Notes: generated by a model from the sequence alone, not told the origin. A DNA stretch of 64,000 bases from Dehalococcoidia bacterium (GCA_040766535.1 JAXGQG010000005.1:12129-76128); one strand, 5' to 3'; counted from the first letter of the stretch, positions 48,795 through 57,121 are shown. Numbers and translations: made by a program.

Positions 48795-48822
48795 CCCCTG
48801 GACGCCGTACGGCGTCAGGGGG
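48795..48822 (-). terminator. intrinsic-terminator-like hairpin after the LarA-like gene
   Basis: Perfect 16-nt palindrome GACGCCGTACGGCGTC (48801-48816), extended by C/G flanks. On the minus strand it is followed by CTTTCCTCTTCTTC. Confidence 0.5.
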
Positions 48823-48839
48823 CCCCAGGAATGAGCGAG

Positions 48840-50087
48840 CTAGCAGGCAGAGACGAGCGCGGGGAAGAACTGAACGGAAGCATCCGGAATGACCGCGACC
48901 TTCGCCTTCGCGCCGTAGGCAGCCTTGAGTTGTTCGATAGTGGTGGGCCAATCGCGTGTGAAGTTGATCATGTCGTACGGAGCGACCCAGTCGGCGCCTA
49001 CGAAGTCAGGATAGGGCTGCATCATGGTGAGGCGCTTGGTGTTGGGAGGGAGCGCAGTCTTGGGTCGGAATGAGCGGCCGCCGAGGTTCTTTCCGAAGCT
49101 CCTGCTCCAGTAGTGGTTGATCTGGCCTTCGGGCGTAATGACCAACAGGACCATGTCGCCGCCGCTGGTCTTGAGCAGAGGAGCGGCCACGCCCACCGCC
49201 AGCAGGGCCTCATCGGCCTTCGAGAAGCTGTTGGCAATGACGACGTCACATCCATCCACGACGTCCGTGGCCCAGTACTCGCGTGCGACCTTGACGCCTG
49301 CCTCATGTTCTGCGACGACATCACCGACGAACAGATGCGTGACCTGGCGGTCGAGGTTGTAGATGCAGTCGACCTTCATGTCCAGGCCGGCCATGCGGGC
49401 CGCATCGTTCATATCGATCTTCAGTGAATTCTCTTCAATCTTGCCGATACGGTCGGAGACGGGGCAGAGCCTGGTGTGGTTGAGGTCGATGGTCTTGATG
49501 GAGGAGACGCCGGGCAGAATGATCTTGCTGCCGCCACCGAAACCGGCCATGGGGTGCGGCACTATGGCGCCGATGCCTATCTTGTAGTCGCAACGCATGA
49601 ACTCGGCGTTAAACTCCATCGGAATCCCAGCCGGGCTCGGCCCTACGGGAACGCAGTTCTCGAACGGGTTGTGATTGAAGACGCGGAAACGCCCCATGAC
49701 GTCCTTGCCCAGCTTCTTGGTGAAGTCGATGCCGTTCATGGAGCCATGGGCTCCGATAGCGGCGATAAAGCGTATCTGGTCGTCCTTGATGCCGGCGGCC
49801 GCAAGCTCTTCAAGTACATAGGGGATGATGTCGGCGCTGGGCGTAGCCCTGGACATGTCGTCGAAGAGGATGCAGACCTCTTTCTTGCCCTTCGCGCCCT
49901 CGCGGATAGGTTTTGCGCCGATGGGATTGGCAAATGCCTTGCGGAAGCCAGCGTCACTCAGCGCCGGTGTGCCATCGCCCTTGTGCTTGAGGACGTTCAC
50001 ATCCCACGACGCTGGAAAATCGAGTTCCAGTTCGGTGTCTCCGTACCAGGCGAGTATCGGAATAGTTACCTTTTTCGTGTCGCTCAT
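48840..50087 (-). CDS. LarA-like nickel-pincer-dependent 2-hydroxyacid racemase/epimerase family protein (DUF2088)
   Basis: 415 aa. The N-terminal region (...KKEVCILFDDMSRATP...) and the central GAIVPHPMAGFGGGSK segment match my memory of the lactate racemase LarA family. Confidence 0.7.
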   Translation of the reverse strand: MSDTKKVTIPILAWYGDTELELDFPASWDVNVLKHKGDGTPALSDAGFRKAFANPIGAKPIREGAKGKKEVCILFDDMSRATPSADIIPYVLEELAAAGIKDDQIRFIAAIGAHGSMNGIDFTKKLGKDVMGRFRVFNHNPFENCVPVGPSPAGIPMEFNAEFMRCDYKIGIGAIVPHPMAGFGGGSKIILPGVSSIKTIDLNHTRLCPVSDRIGKIEENSLKIDMNDAARMAGLDMKVDCIYNLDRQVTHLFVGDVVAEHEAGVKVAREYWATDVVDGCDVVIANSFSKADEALLAVGVAAPLLKTSGGDMVLLVITPEGQINHYWSRSFGKNLGGRSFRPKTALPPNTKRLTMMQPYPDFVGADWVAPYDMINFTRDWPTTIEQLKAAYGAKAKVAVIPDASVQFFPALVSAC

Positions 50088-50111
50088 ATCTCCTCCTGTC
50101 GCAGTGCTCTG

Positions 50112-51266
50112 CTATGCAAGTGGGCCTACGATGAACAGGCCATTGTCCCTGTCCTGGCCGAGAATCTCCGCCTTGGTCTGTCTGCCCGAGGCAACCTGCA
50201 ACGCCTCGGCATACAGCTCCGCACCGATCTCCTTTATCTGGTCCTTCTTGGCCAAGTCTACGTAGAAGTCGATGTTGTCCTTCATCCTCTGGTAGGTGAC
50301 GCCATTCGCGGTGACTTTGACGACCGGGACGAATGGAGAACCCAGCGGTGTGCCCCTGCCCGTGGAGAAGAAGAGGATGTTGGAGCCTGCCGCCGCCAGC
50401 GCGGTCAGTGAAGGGGCGTCGAATCCGGGCCCATCGACGATCGAGAGGCCGCCCTTCTTCGGGCGTTCCCCGTACTCGTAGATCTCCTGAATCGTCTCGG
50501 AACCTCCCTTGGAGATCGCTCCAAGGGACTTCTCCTCGATGGTGGTGAGGCCACCTTCGATGTTGCCTTTCGTGGGGTTGGTGCCGCGCATGTCGACGCC
50601 CCGCTCGAGGAACCTCTCCTCATAGCGCCGCACCATGGCGGTGATCTGCGCGCCGACCTCCGGGGTGACGGCCCTTCTGGCCAGCAGGTGCTCCGCGCCG
50701 ATGAACTCGGTGGTCTCGCTGAAGACGGCGCGGCCGCCCTTCTGAACGAGGATATCGAACGCGGCGCCGATGGCGGGGTTGCCGCCAAGGCCGGACGTGG
50801 TATCCGAGCCGCCGCACTCGGCCCCGAACATCAGTTTGGAATCGTCGAACTGTTCCCGCGTGACGCGCGAGGCATCGCTCACCATCTGCCGTGCTATGCG
50901 TGTGCCCTTCTCGACCGTGGCGATAGTGCCCCCGACCTCCTGGATAACGAGCTTCTCGACAGGCTTGCCACCGCGGGCGATGCCTTCCGCGATGCCATCG
51001 ATATCCATGGGGTCGCACCCAAGGCTGATGAGCACGACCGCGGCGATGTTGGGATTGAGCCCCAGATTGGTGAGTGTACGGTTCGCCATCGCCAGATCAT
51101 CGGGTGTCAGGGCGCACCCCTGGTGATGCAGGAACGGCACGGAACCCTTCACGTTCTCGCTCACCTGGCGGGCGGTCGCGGTTGCACACACCACCGTGGG
51201 AATAACGGCCACGTAGTTGCGGGTACCTACGGAGCCATCCGGTCGCGGATAGCCCCAGAAACTCAC
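50112..51266 (-). CDS. UxaA-family dehydratase/lyase, large (catalytic C-terminal) subunit
   Basis: FWGYPRPDGSVGTRNYV....TV.C, HHQGC, and GCD. These match the altronate/galactarate dehydratase C-terminal domain and the SuyB-like large subunit. The GTG start overlaps the small-subunit stop (GTGA). Confidence 0.8.
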   Translation of the reverse strand: MSFWGYPRPDGSVGTRNYVAVIPTVVCATATARQVSENVKGSVPFLHHQGCALTPDDLAMANRTLTNLGLNPNIAAVVLISLGCDPMDIDGIAEGIARGGKPVEKLVIQEVGGTIATVEKGTRIARQMVSDASRVTREQFDDSKLMFGAECGGSDTTSGLGGNPAIGAAFDILVQKGGRAVFSETTEFIGAEHLLARRAVTPEVGAQITAMVRRYEERFLERGVDMRGTNPTKGNIEGGLTTIEEKSLGAISKGGSETIQEIYEYGERPKKGGLSIVDGPGFDAPSLTALAAAGSNILFFSTGRGTPLGSPFVPVVKVTANGVTYQRMKDNIDFYVDLAKKDQIKEIGAELYAEALQVASGRQTKAEILGQDRDNGLFIVGPLA

Positions 51267-51568
51267 TTCGCCGCCCCCTTCACGACATCACCTCGGCCAC
51301 GGGTGCTGGCAACGTTGTGTACATGGACGTGCTCACCCTTCTTGATGTCCTTGGTGGCCTCCCCGATCACCTCTCCGTACTTCAGGATGGAGGAGCCCGC
51401 TTTGATGTCGAGCAGGCTGAACTTGTGGCCGAACTGGATCGGGTTCACCAGCTTCACAGAGACCGGCTTCTTGTCGATCTCCAGCGCGACGCTGTCGCCC
51501 GCAGCCAGATCTGCCAGGGCCGTGGCCACGTTATCCTTGCTGTTCAGTACGATTGCCTTTCTCTCCAT
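51263..51568 (-). CDS. UxaA-family small subunit (SAF domain; SuyA-like)
   Basis: ATG at 51568 follows GAAAGGAG. Has VLNSKDNVATAL.DL..G and the GHKF...I..G..I.KYG..IG.A...I..GE.VH.HN pattern. Confidence 0.75.
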   Translation of the reverse strand: MERKAIVLNSKDNVATALADLAAGDSVALEIDKKPVSVKLVNPIQFGHKFSLLDIKAGSSILKYGEVIGEATKDIKKGEHVHVHNVASTRGRGDVVKGAAK

Positions 51569-51596
51569 GCCACTCCTTTCAAGCAAACGTTATGTT

Positions 51597-52973
51597 TCAC
51601 AACGCCCACAGCATTATATCATTTACATTTGTGCCGGTTGGACCGGTCACGACGAGCGCGTCACGGCCGCCTCTCTCCTTCAGAGCTTTGAAAAACCCGT
51701 AGGAGTCGAAGGAGCGCACATAGGCATCGGCGTCGAGGCCGTAATGGCTTGCCGTGGCGATCGTGTCTCCCGTCACCACAGCGCCCGCTGCAGGCGATGT
51801 GCCATCGATGCCGTCCGTGCCGCACGCGAGCACAGCCCAGTTCCGCCCCGCGATGCTCCTCGCGGCCAGCAGCGCGTAGTGCAGCATGCGGCCTCCGGTT
51901 CCGCTGGCGCGCGGAGGAACCGACACCACTGGCTCTCCACCGAAGGTCAGCAGTGTACCGGGCTGGCTGGATAGCGCCAGTGCACGGGCAACATGCGCTT
52001 CAACTGTCTCTTCGACCGGGCCGGTCACTGGAACACGCTCCGCTTCCACTCTGGTGATGAAGTCGGCGAAACGCGGAGATAACAGCTCGCGCTCCAGTGA
52101 CCCGAGCACTACCGAGTTCGATGCGACCACCATGCTGTGGCTTCGCGGGCCAAGGTGGTCACGCCACAGTGCGGCCGGGTCTGCCTCACCGGCGTCGCCC
52201 TGCAGGAGTTGATTCCGGCACGACTCCGGGATTCGGTCCCAGAGGTGGTGTCTTTCGAGCACGCGAACGGCATCGGAGCAGGTCGTCAGATCCTGGACCG
52301 TGGGACCCGATGCGATGCTGGACAGGTCGTCACCGATCACGTCCGACAGGACCAGAGTCACGAAGAGGGCATCGGGTGCGGCCATGCGCAAGCGGCCACC
52401 CTTGACCTGAGAGAGGTGCTTGCGAACGGTGTTTATCTCCTGGATGGTCGCTCCTCCCGTGACCAGCGCACGGTTGGCGGCGCGGAAGTCGTCCAGGCAG
52501 ATGCCGTCCTGTGGCAGTGTGAGCAGGGATGAGCCGCCTCCCGAGATGACCGCAATCACGAGGTCGCCCGCGCCAGCTTTGGAAAGCATCGAGAGGGCGG
52601 CGCGGGCTCCTTCGACGCTGGACTCGTTCGGATTGGGGTGATCAGCCGCGAAGAACCGGACGCCGGGGACGGAAGACTCAGCTTGTTCGCGGTAGACGTT
52701 TACCGTCCCGCCCGAGAACCTTGCCCACAACGCGCTGTCCTGGCGGAGCGTGTCGATCACCGCCCGTGCCATGGGAACGCCGGCCTTGCCCGCGCCCACG
52801 AGGTAGATATGTGATAGCGATGAGAGCGGGATGCGAACATCGGCCACCGTGAGCGTACGGTCTTCCGTGGACCATTGGAGGGAGGCCCGGGTTGCGCCGT
52901 AGGAGTCCGCGAGGGGCAGTACAACGTCCCGGTAGAGGGAGACTAGCCTGTCAGCGCGTTGCTCGAGCTGCAT
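51597..52973 (-). CDS. MOFRL-family glycerate 2-kinase-like protein (DUF4147 + MOFRL)
   Basis: IYLVGAGKAGVPMARA, ISGGGSSLL, and C-terminal GTDGIDG...GA. These match the TtuD/GckA-type kinase pattern. Confidence 0.8.
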   Translation of the reverse strand: MQLEQRADRLVSLYRDVVLPLADSYGATRASLQWSTEDRTLTVADVRIPLSSLSHIYLVGAGKAGVPMARAVIDTLRQDSALWARFSGGTVNVYREQAESSVPGVRFFAADHPNPNESSVEGARAALSMLSKAGAGDLVIAVISGGGSSLLTLPQDGICLDDFRAANRALVTGGATIQEINTVRKHLSQVKGGRLRMAAPDALFVTLVLSDVIGDDLSSIASGPTVQDLTTCSDAVRVLERHHLWDRIPESCRNQLLQGDAGEADPAALWRDHLGPRSHSMVVASNSVVLGSLERELLSPRFADFITRVEAERVPVTGPVEETVEAHVARALALSSQPGTLLTFGGEPVVSVPPRASGTGGRMLHYALLAARSIAGRNWAVLACGTDGIDGTSPAAGAVVTGDTIATASHYGLDADAYVRSFDSYGFFKALKERGGRDALVVTGPTGTNVNDIMLWAL

Positions 52974-53186
52974 TGCCGGATACCACAGTCATCCGTACGG
53001 AGACGCCGTGCCCGGAACGCGATCTCGCGTGCTGGCCGGGTCGCAGCTTCCCGAATCGGCCGTGGCAAGTATACCATCAGCTTTCGGCAACTGCTCGTCA
53101 ACCCACGACCTGCACCTGCTCGTTCTGAGCCGCATCCTCGGGCGCGCGCCGAGTCGGGGAGCATAGCTGGCAACGCCGGAGCGCAA

Positions 53187-53215
53187 TTGACATGCCCGAA
53201 CGGCCGTAATAATAT
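53187..53215 (+). promoter_or_regulatory. sigma70-like promoter of the plus-strand ars operon
   Basis: TTGACA (53187-53192), 17-nt spacer, TAATAT (53210-53215). Confidence 0.45.
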
Positions 53216-53235
53216 ATACACAATTGCGAATATAT
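53212..53235. promoter_or_regulatory. candidate ArsR operator (imperfect 24-bp palindrome)
   Basis: ATATATACACAATTGCGAATATAT. 20 of 24 positions are self-complementary around a central AATT. It overlaps the -10 element and the TSS. Confidence 0.4.
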
Positions 53236-53259
53236 GAGAGGGTCATTGGAGGACCTGGT

Positions 53260-53688
53260 ATGGATGAACTGGTGAAAGCAGCCCGGGCGCTGAGCGACCC
53301 GGCCCGGGTGAGAGTACTCAATCTGCTCATGCAGCGAGAGTGCTGCGTCTGCGAGGTCATGGACATATTGGGAATCTCGCAGGTCAATGCCTCACGCTAC
53401 TGCAACGCACTCAAGGATGCCGGCTTTCTCGACGTGAGGCGGGACGGCCGCTGGAGGCACTACTCCATTTCCTCACAGTTGAGTTCTCCCGCTCTCAAGA
53501 ACTTGCTTCGCGCGGTTGAAGAGAGTGCGGTTGCAGACTCGGTGTTGCTTGAGGACAAGCGTCGACTTCGGTGCAGCGGCCGTCGGTGCCTTCTGCCGAG
53601 CCCAACGCCCGATATGTGCGACGCGTGTAATGAGAGAATCGAGCGTGCATCGACGGCCGCCGTCCGAATTCTGCCGAGGAGGAGTTGA
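53260..53688 (+). CDS. arsR: ArsR/SmtB family metalloregulator with Cys-rich C-terminal tail
   Basis: ATG at 53260 follows GGAGGA. HTH with LSDPARVRVLNLL and the As(III)-site-like ECCVCEVMDIL. The tail is C-x4-C-x9-C-x2-C. Confidence 0.85.
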   Translation: MDELVKAARALSDPARVRVLNLLMQRECCVCEVMDILGISQVNASRYCNALKDAGFLDVRRDGRWRHYSISSQLSSPALKNLLRAVEESAVADSVLLEDKRRLRCSGRRCLLPSPTPDMCDACNERIERASTAAVRILPRRS

Positions 53689-54728
53689 TGCTGCTTGACC
53701 TTCTATGGGGCGGTCTGACCGCCCTCAAAGAGTACGTCGCTCTCCATGTGCTCACCTGCCTCATTCCCGCGTTTCTGCTGGCTGGTGGGATCGTAACGTT
53801 CATCTCGAGAGAGTCCATCATCGGTTACCTTGGGGCGGCGGCGCGCAAGTTGCAGTCGTTCGGCATCGCCGCCGGCGGCAGTTTCTTTGTGGCGGCATGC
53901 TCCTGCACGGTGATTCCGGTTTCCAGCGGCATCTACTACGGTGGCGCCGGAATCGGCGCCGCGTTCATCATTCTCTGGGTGGCGCCGGCGGCCAACATCC
54001 TCGCACTGACGTACACCGGATCCATCATCGGTGGGGCGATGGTGGTCGCCCGAGTCGTCTCTGCGCTGCTGATGTCAGTGGTGGTGGGATTGGTGATGTC
54101 GTACGCATTCAGAAAGGAAGAGGCGACCAGGGTCTCGACCATCGAGCAGCAGGGCGGGCCGCTGATGGAGAAGAAGAGCCTGGTGCTGCTTCTACTGCTC
54201 GTAGTCTGGCTTCTGTCACCCAATTATCTTGTCATCTCGGGGCCCTACTGGCAGAAGGTGGTGGTGTGGGCCATCGGTCTGGCGGCGGTGGCGGCCTATG
54301 TGGCGAAGTATTTCAGTCGAGACCGCATCAACGACTGGATGCGGGAGACGTGGTGGTTCGTGCGGCAGATCTTCCCGCTGCTGCTCCTTGGCGTATTCAT
54401 CGTGGGAGTGGTTGGCGCGCTTCTCAAGCCGGAATGGGTGCAGGCGGCGCTGGGAGGCGAGGGCGTGCGCCAGTCTTTTCTGGCAACTATGATCGGGGCC
54501 GTTAGCTACTTCGCCACAATGACCGAGGCGCCGTTCGTGGACACGCTGATGGGGCTTGGCATGGGCAAGGGGCCGGCACTGGCACTCCTGCTCACGGGGC
54601 CCGGCCTCAGCCTGCCCAACTGGCTGGCCATCGCGAGGATATTCGGCAGGAAGAAAGCCATGGTGTATGTGCCGACGATCGTGGTTCTCGGCACACTGGT
54701 GGGATGGGTGGCCGGGTATGTCTTATAG
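53688..54728 (+). CDS. COG0701/ArsP-like permease
   Basis: ATG overlaps the arsR stop (TGATG), with an in-frame TTG at 53685. About 8-10 TM segments. It has an intramembrane Cys pair AACSCTVIP like the ArsP TPFCSC motif. Confidence 0.8.
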   Translation: MLLDLLWGGLTALKEYVALHVLTCLIPAFLLAGGIVTFISRESIIGYLGAAARKLQSFGIAAGGSFFVAACSCTVIPVSSGIYYGGAGIGAAFIILWVAPAANILALTYTGSIIGGAMVVARVVSALLMSVVVGLVMSYAFRKEEATRVSTIEQQGGPLMEKKSLVLLLLLVVWLLSPNYLVISGPYWQKVVVWAIGLAAVAAYVAKYFSRDRINDWMRETWWFVRQIFPLLLLGVFIVGVVGALLKPEWVQAALGGEGVRQSFLATMIGAVSYFATMTEAPFVDTLMGLGMGKGPALALLLTGPGLSLPNWLAIARIFGRKKAMVYVPTIVVLGTLVGWVAGYVL

Positions 54729-54795
54729 GATCACAAAGACCGGCCTCAACTGCGGAGGTTGAGGCTTCGTTTTATGGTGAACGGAGGAGACGAAC

Positions 54796-55039
54796 ATGGA
54801 CATTAAGATTCTGGGTACCGGGTGCGCGAAGTGCAGGGCAGTTGAGAAAGAGGTGAAAGAAGTGGTCGCTGGAACTTGGCGTCGATGCGGACATCGAGGA
54901 CGTCAGGGATATGGCCAGGATCGTGTCCTACAAGGTCATGATGACGCCGGGACTGGTCATCGATGGTAAAGTCGTCTCCAGCGGTCACGTTCCGTCAAAG
55001 GGCGACGTGCGCAAGATGATTCTTGAGGCGAAAGGATAG
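54796..55039 (+). pseudogene. thioredoxin-like redox-active disulfide protein 2 family gene, interrupted by a +1 frameshift
   Basis: Frame A gives MDIKILGTGCAKCRAVEKEVKEVVA and then nonsense. Shifting by 1 nt at the GG at 54871-54872 gives ELGVDADIEDVRDMARIVSYKVMMTPGLVIDGKVVSSGHVPSKGDVRKMILEAKG*. Total length is 244 nt (3n+1). Confidence 0.75.
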
Positions 55040-55120
55040 TGCATCCGTGGCGCACTGCCAGTCTGAGCCGCGGCACATCTCAAGTGCAGCGTGCGAAGCA
55101 GTGAGCGGGGGTTGAACGCG

Positions 55121-55609
55121 ATGAAGAGAACTAAGGCCGTCATGTCTGTTCCGGTGCTGTGTGTCTTACTTCTGATGTCTCTTGCCGGATGCTCTGGGGA
55201 AGTAACACCGCCTCCTGCCCAGGCCAGCGGTCAGACCACCGCGGCGCAGGGCGCCTACGAGTTGCGCAGCGACACTGGAATCGATGTGCTCTACTTCCAG
55301 ACGAGCGATCCGTGCGAGTGCATGGCGGAAGTGGGTGTGGCCGTCAGGAACGCGGTCAACACTCACTTCGCGCAGGAGTTGCAGAGCGGAGAACTTCGCT
55401 TCTTCGTCATCTACTCGGATGACTGGTCGAACCGAGCGACATTCGAGATGTTCAAGAACCAGCCGTTCGACCTGTTCATCGTGGAGGTCGAGAACGGCAG
55501 AGGGCTGGCGACGCCTCTCTATGAGTTGTGGGGAGTGATGGGTGACGCCGAGGCCATCGATCTCTATGTGCGGGAACATATTGAGCAGAGCCTTGCGGGC
55601 CTTGCCTGA
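55121..55609 (+). CDS. lipoprotein with C-x-C motif, ArsF-family-like (paralog 1)
   Basis: Signal peptide plus lipobox (LLLMSLAGC). Conserved core VLYFQTSDPCECMAEVG...ELQSGELRF...QPFDLFI. The start at 55121 is inferred. Confidence 0.6.
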   Translation: MKRTKAVMSVPVLCVLLLMSLAGCSGEVTPPPAQASGQTTAAQGAYELRSDTGIDVLYFQTSDPCECMAEVGVAVRNAVNTHFAQELQSGELRFFVIYSDDWSNRATFEMFKNQPFDLFIVEVENGRGLATPLYELWGVMGDAEAIDLYVREHIEQSLAGLA

Positions 55610-55772
55610 CCATGGGCATAGCGTGCGGCACGATGCCGGGCGCTCGACGCTGCGGGCGTGTCCTGAATAGACGACCGCTGAAGCGGCGCAGAAGCGTTAT
55701 CCACGACGGAGGTGGAGAACGACGACAAATAAAGGGTGGGGGAGTCCGAAGCCATCAGATTGTGAGGAATGA

Positions 55773-56426
55773 ATGAACACCAGACGGATGATCCTGGCTT
55801 TGTACGCGGCACTGCTGCTGGTGCCTGTCCTGTCCGGGTGCTCCTCCGGGAGCATGCCGACCACTCCGACAGGGGACGTACCACAAGAGACCACTCCGCC
55901 CTCGGGTGCGGTGGAGCAGGGCGGCTTGCAGGCAGCGGAGGAACCTCAAGCCTCCGTTCCAGCCCCGGCCGCCTCCGACGATCCCGAAGACACCCCACCT
56001 GCACATGCTGAGGAGGAGTCTGCTCCTCCGGCGAACGATGACGGGCGGATCATCGGTCCATCCACCGGTCCGTACACCGCACGTGACGGCGATGGGGTCG
56101 ACCTGGTGTACTTCGAGACGACCAATGCGTGCGCCTGCATGATCGAAGTAGGCGATGCGGTTGAGTCAGCGGTGCTCACGGCCTTCCAGCCGGAGCTACG
56201 CAGTGGAGAGTTGAGGTTCTACATGCTCTTCTCCAATTCGCCGGAGAACATGGATCTGGTGAAATCCCTGGGCGCCCAGCCGTTCGACCTGTTCATCGGG
56301 TCGTTCAAGGATGGACAGGGGCCGCTTGAGCCCGACTATGGCATATGGAGTCTCACCGGCAATAGCGAGGCGATCGAGGAACTGGTGCGCAGTCTGGTTC
56401 TGGACAGTCTGGAGGAACAGCGATAG
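55773..56426 (+). CDS. lipoprotein with C-x-C motif, ArsF-family-like (paralog 2, long P/T/E/A-rich linker)
   Basis: Lipobox VPVLSGC. Core LVYFETTNACACMIEVG...ELRSGELRF...QPFDLFI aligns with paralog 1. Confidence 0.6.
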   Translation: MNTRRMILALYAALLLVPVLSGCSSGSMPTTPTGDVPQETTPPSGAVEQGGLQAAEEPQASVPAPAASDDPEDTPPAHAEEESAPPANDDGRIIGPSTGPYTARDGDGVDLVYFETTNACACMIEVGDAVESAVLTAFQPELRSGELRFYMLFSNSPENMDLVKSLGAQPFDLFIGSFKDGQGPLEPDYGIWSLTGNSEAIEELVRSLVLDSLEEQR

Positions 56427-56428
56427 TC

Positions 56429-57121
56429 ATGGACGTATCCACACTCGTCTCGTCGAACGCTCCGCTGCTGGCAGCCATCGGACTGGGCCTTTTGTGTGCC
56501 GTCAGTCCGTGTGTCATGGCCACTAACGTAGCTGCGCTGGCCTATGTTGGCCGCAAGAGCACGCAGCCCGGTCAGGCGGTGATGACAGCGGTGCTCTACA
56601 CCCTGGGGCGCATGTTCTCCTACACGGCCATCGGCATCCTCATCGTGCTGGTGGGTCTCGAGGTGAGCGTGCTTTCCCGGGTGCTACAGGGCGCCGGGGC
56701 CAGGTTCATCGGACCGTTTCTAATCCTGATTGGCGTGGTTCTGCTGTTTGCGCACCGGTTGCCGGCACTCTCTGGAGGGGGAGGACTACAACGCCTGGGC
56801 GCCCGGTTCGGGGACATGGGCGTGCTTGGCGGATTTCCGCTGGGGGCGCTGTTTGCCCTGGCGTTCTGTCCCTACAGCGGTGTGCTGTTCTTCGCCGTGC
56901 TCATTCCACTGGCCCTGCGGACGGCGGGAGGAGTCGCATTGCCCGCGGTGTTTGCCATAGGAACCGGCGTGCCGGTCCTGATCTTCGGCGCGCTGCTGTC
57001 GTTTGGCGTGGCACGCGTCTCCTCCTGGACGGATAGGCTGACGCGCGCCGACAGAGTGATACGAATCGTGACTGCACTCGTATTCATCGGGGCGGGAGTG
57101 TACTACCTGCTTGGAGTCTGA
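56429..57121 (+). CDS. DsbD_2/CcdA-like membrane protein (ArsG-family-like transporter)
   Basis: 230 aa, 6 TM segments, and an N-terminal LLCAVSPCVMATN motif. Starts 2 nt after the preceding stop. Confidence 0.7.
   Translation: MDVSTLVSSNAPLLAAIGLGLLCAVSPCVMATNVAALAYVGRKSTQPGQAVMTAVLYTLGRMFSYTAIGILIVLVGLEVSVLSRVLQGAGARFIGPFLILIGVVLLFAHRLPALSGGGGLQRLGARFGDMGVLGGFPLGALFALAFCPYSGVLFFAVLIPLALRTAGGVALPAVFAIGTGVPVLIFGALLSFGVARVSSWTDRLTRADRVIRIVTALVFIGAGVYYLLGV

Noticed and set aside
55769-56011. 80-aa ORF starting at the ATG 4 nt upstream of the second lipoprotein start.
   Set aside because: It is in the wrong frame relative to the lipoprotein signal peptide and the conserved CxC core, which are in the 55773 frame. 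The product is Gly/Arg-rich.
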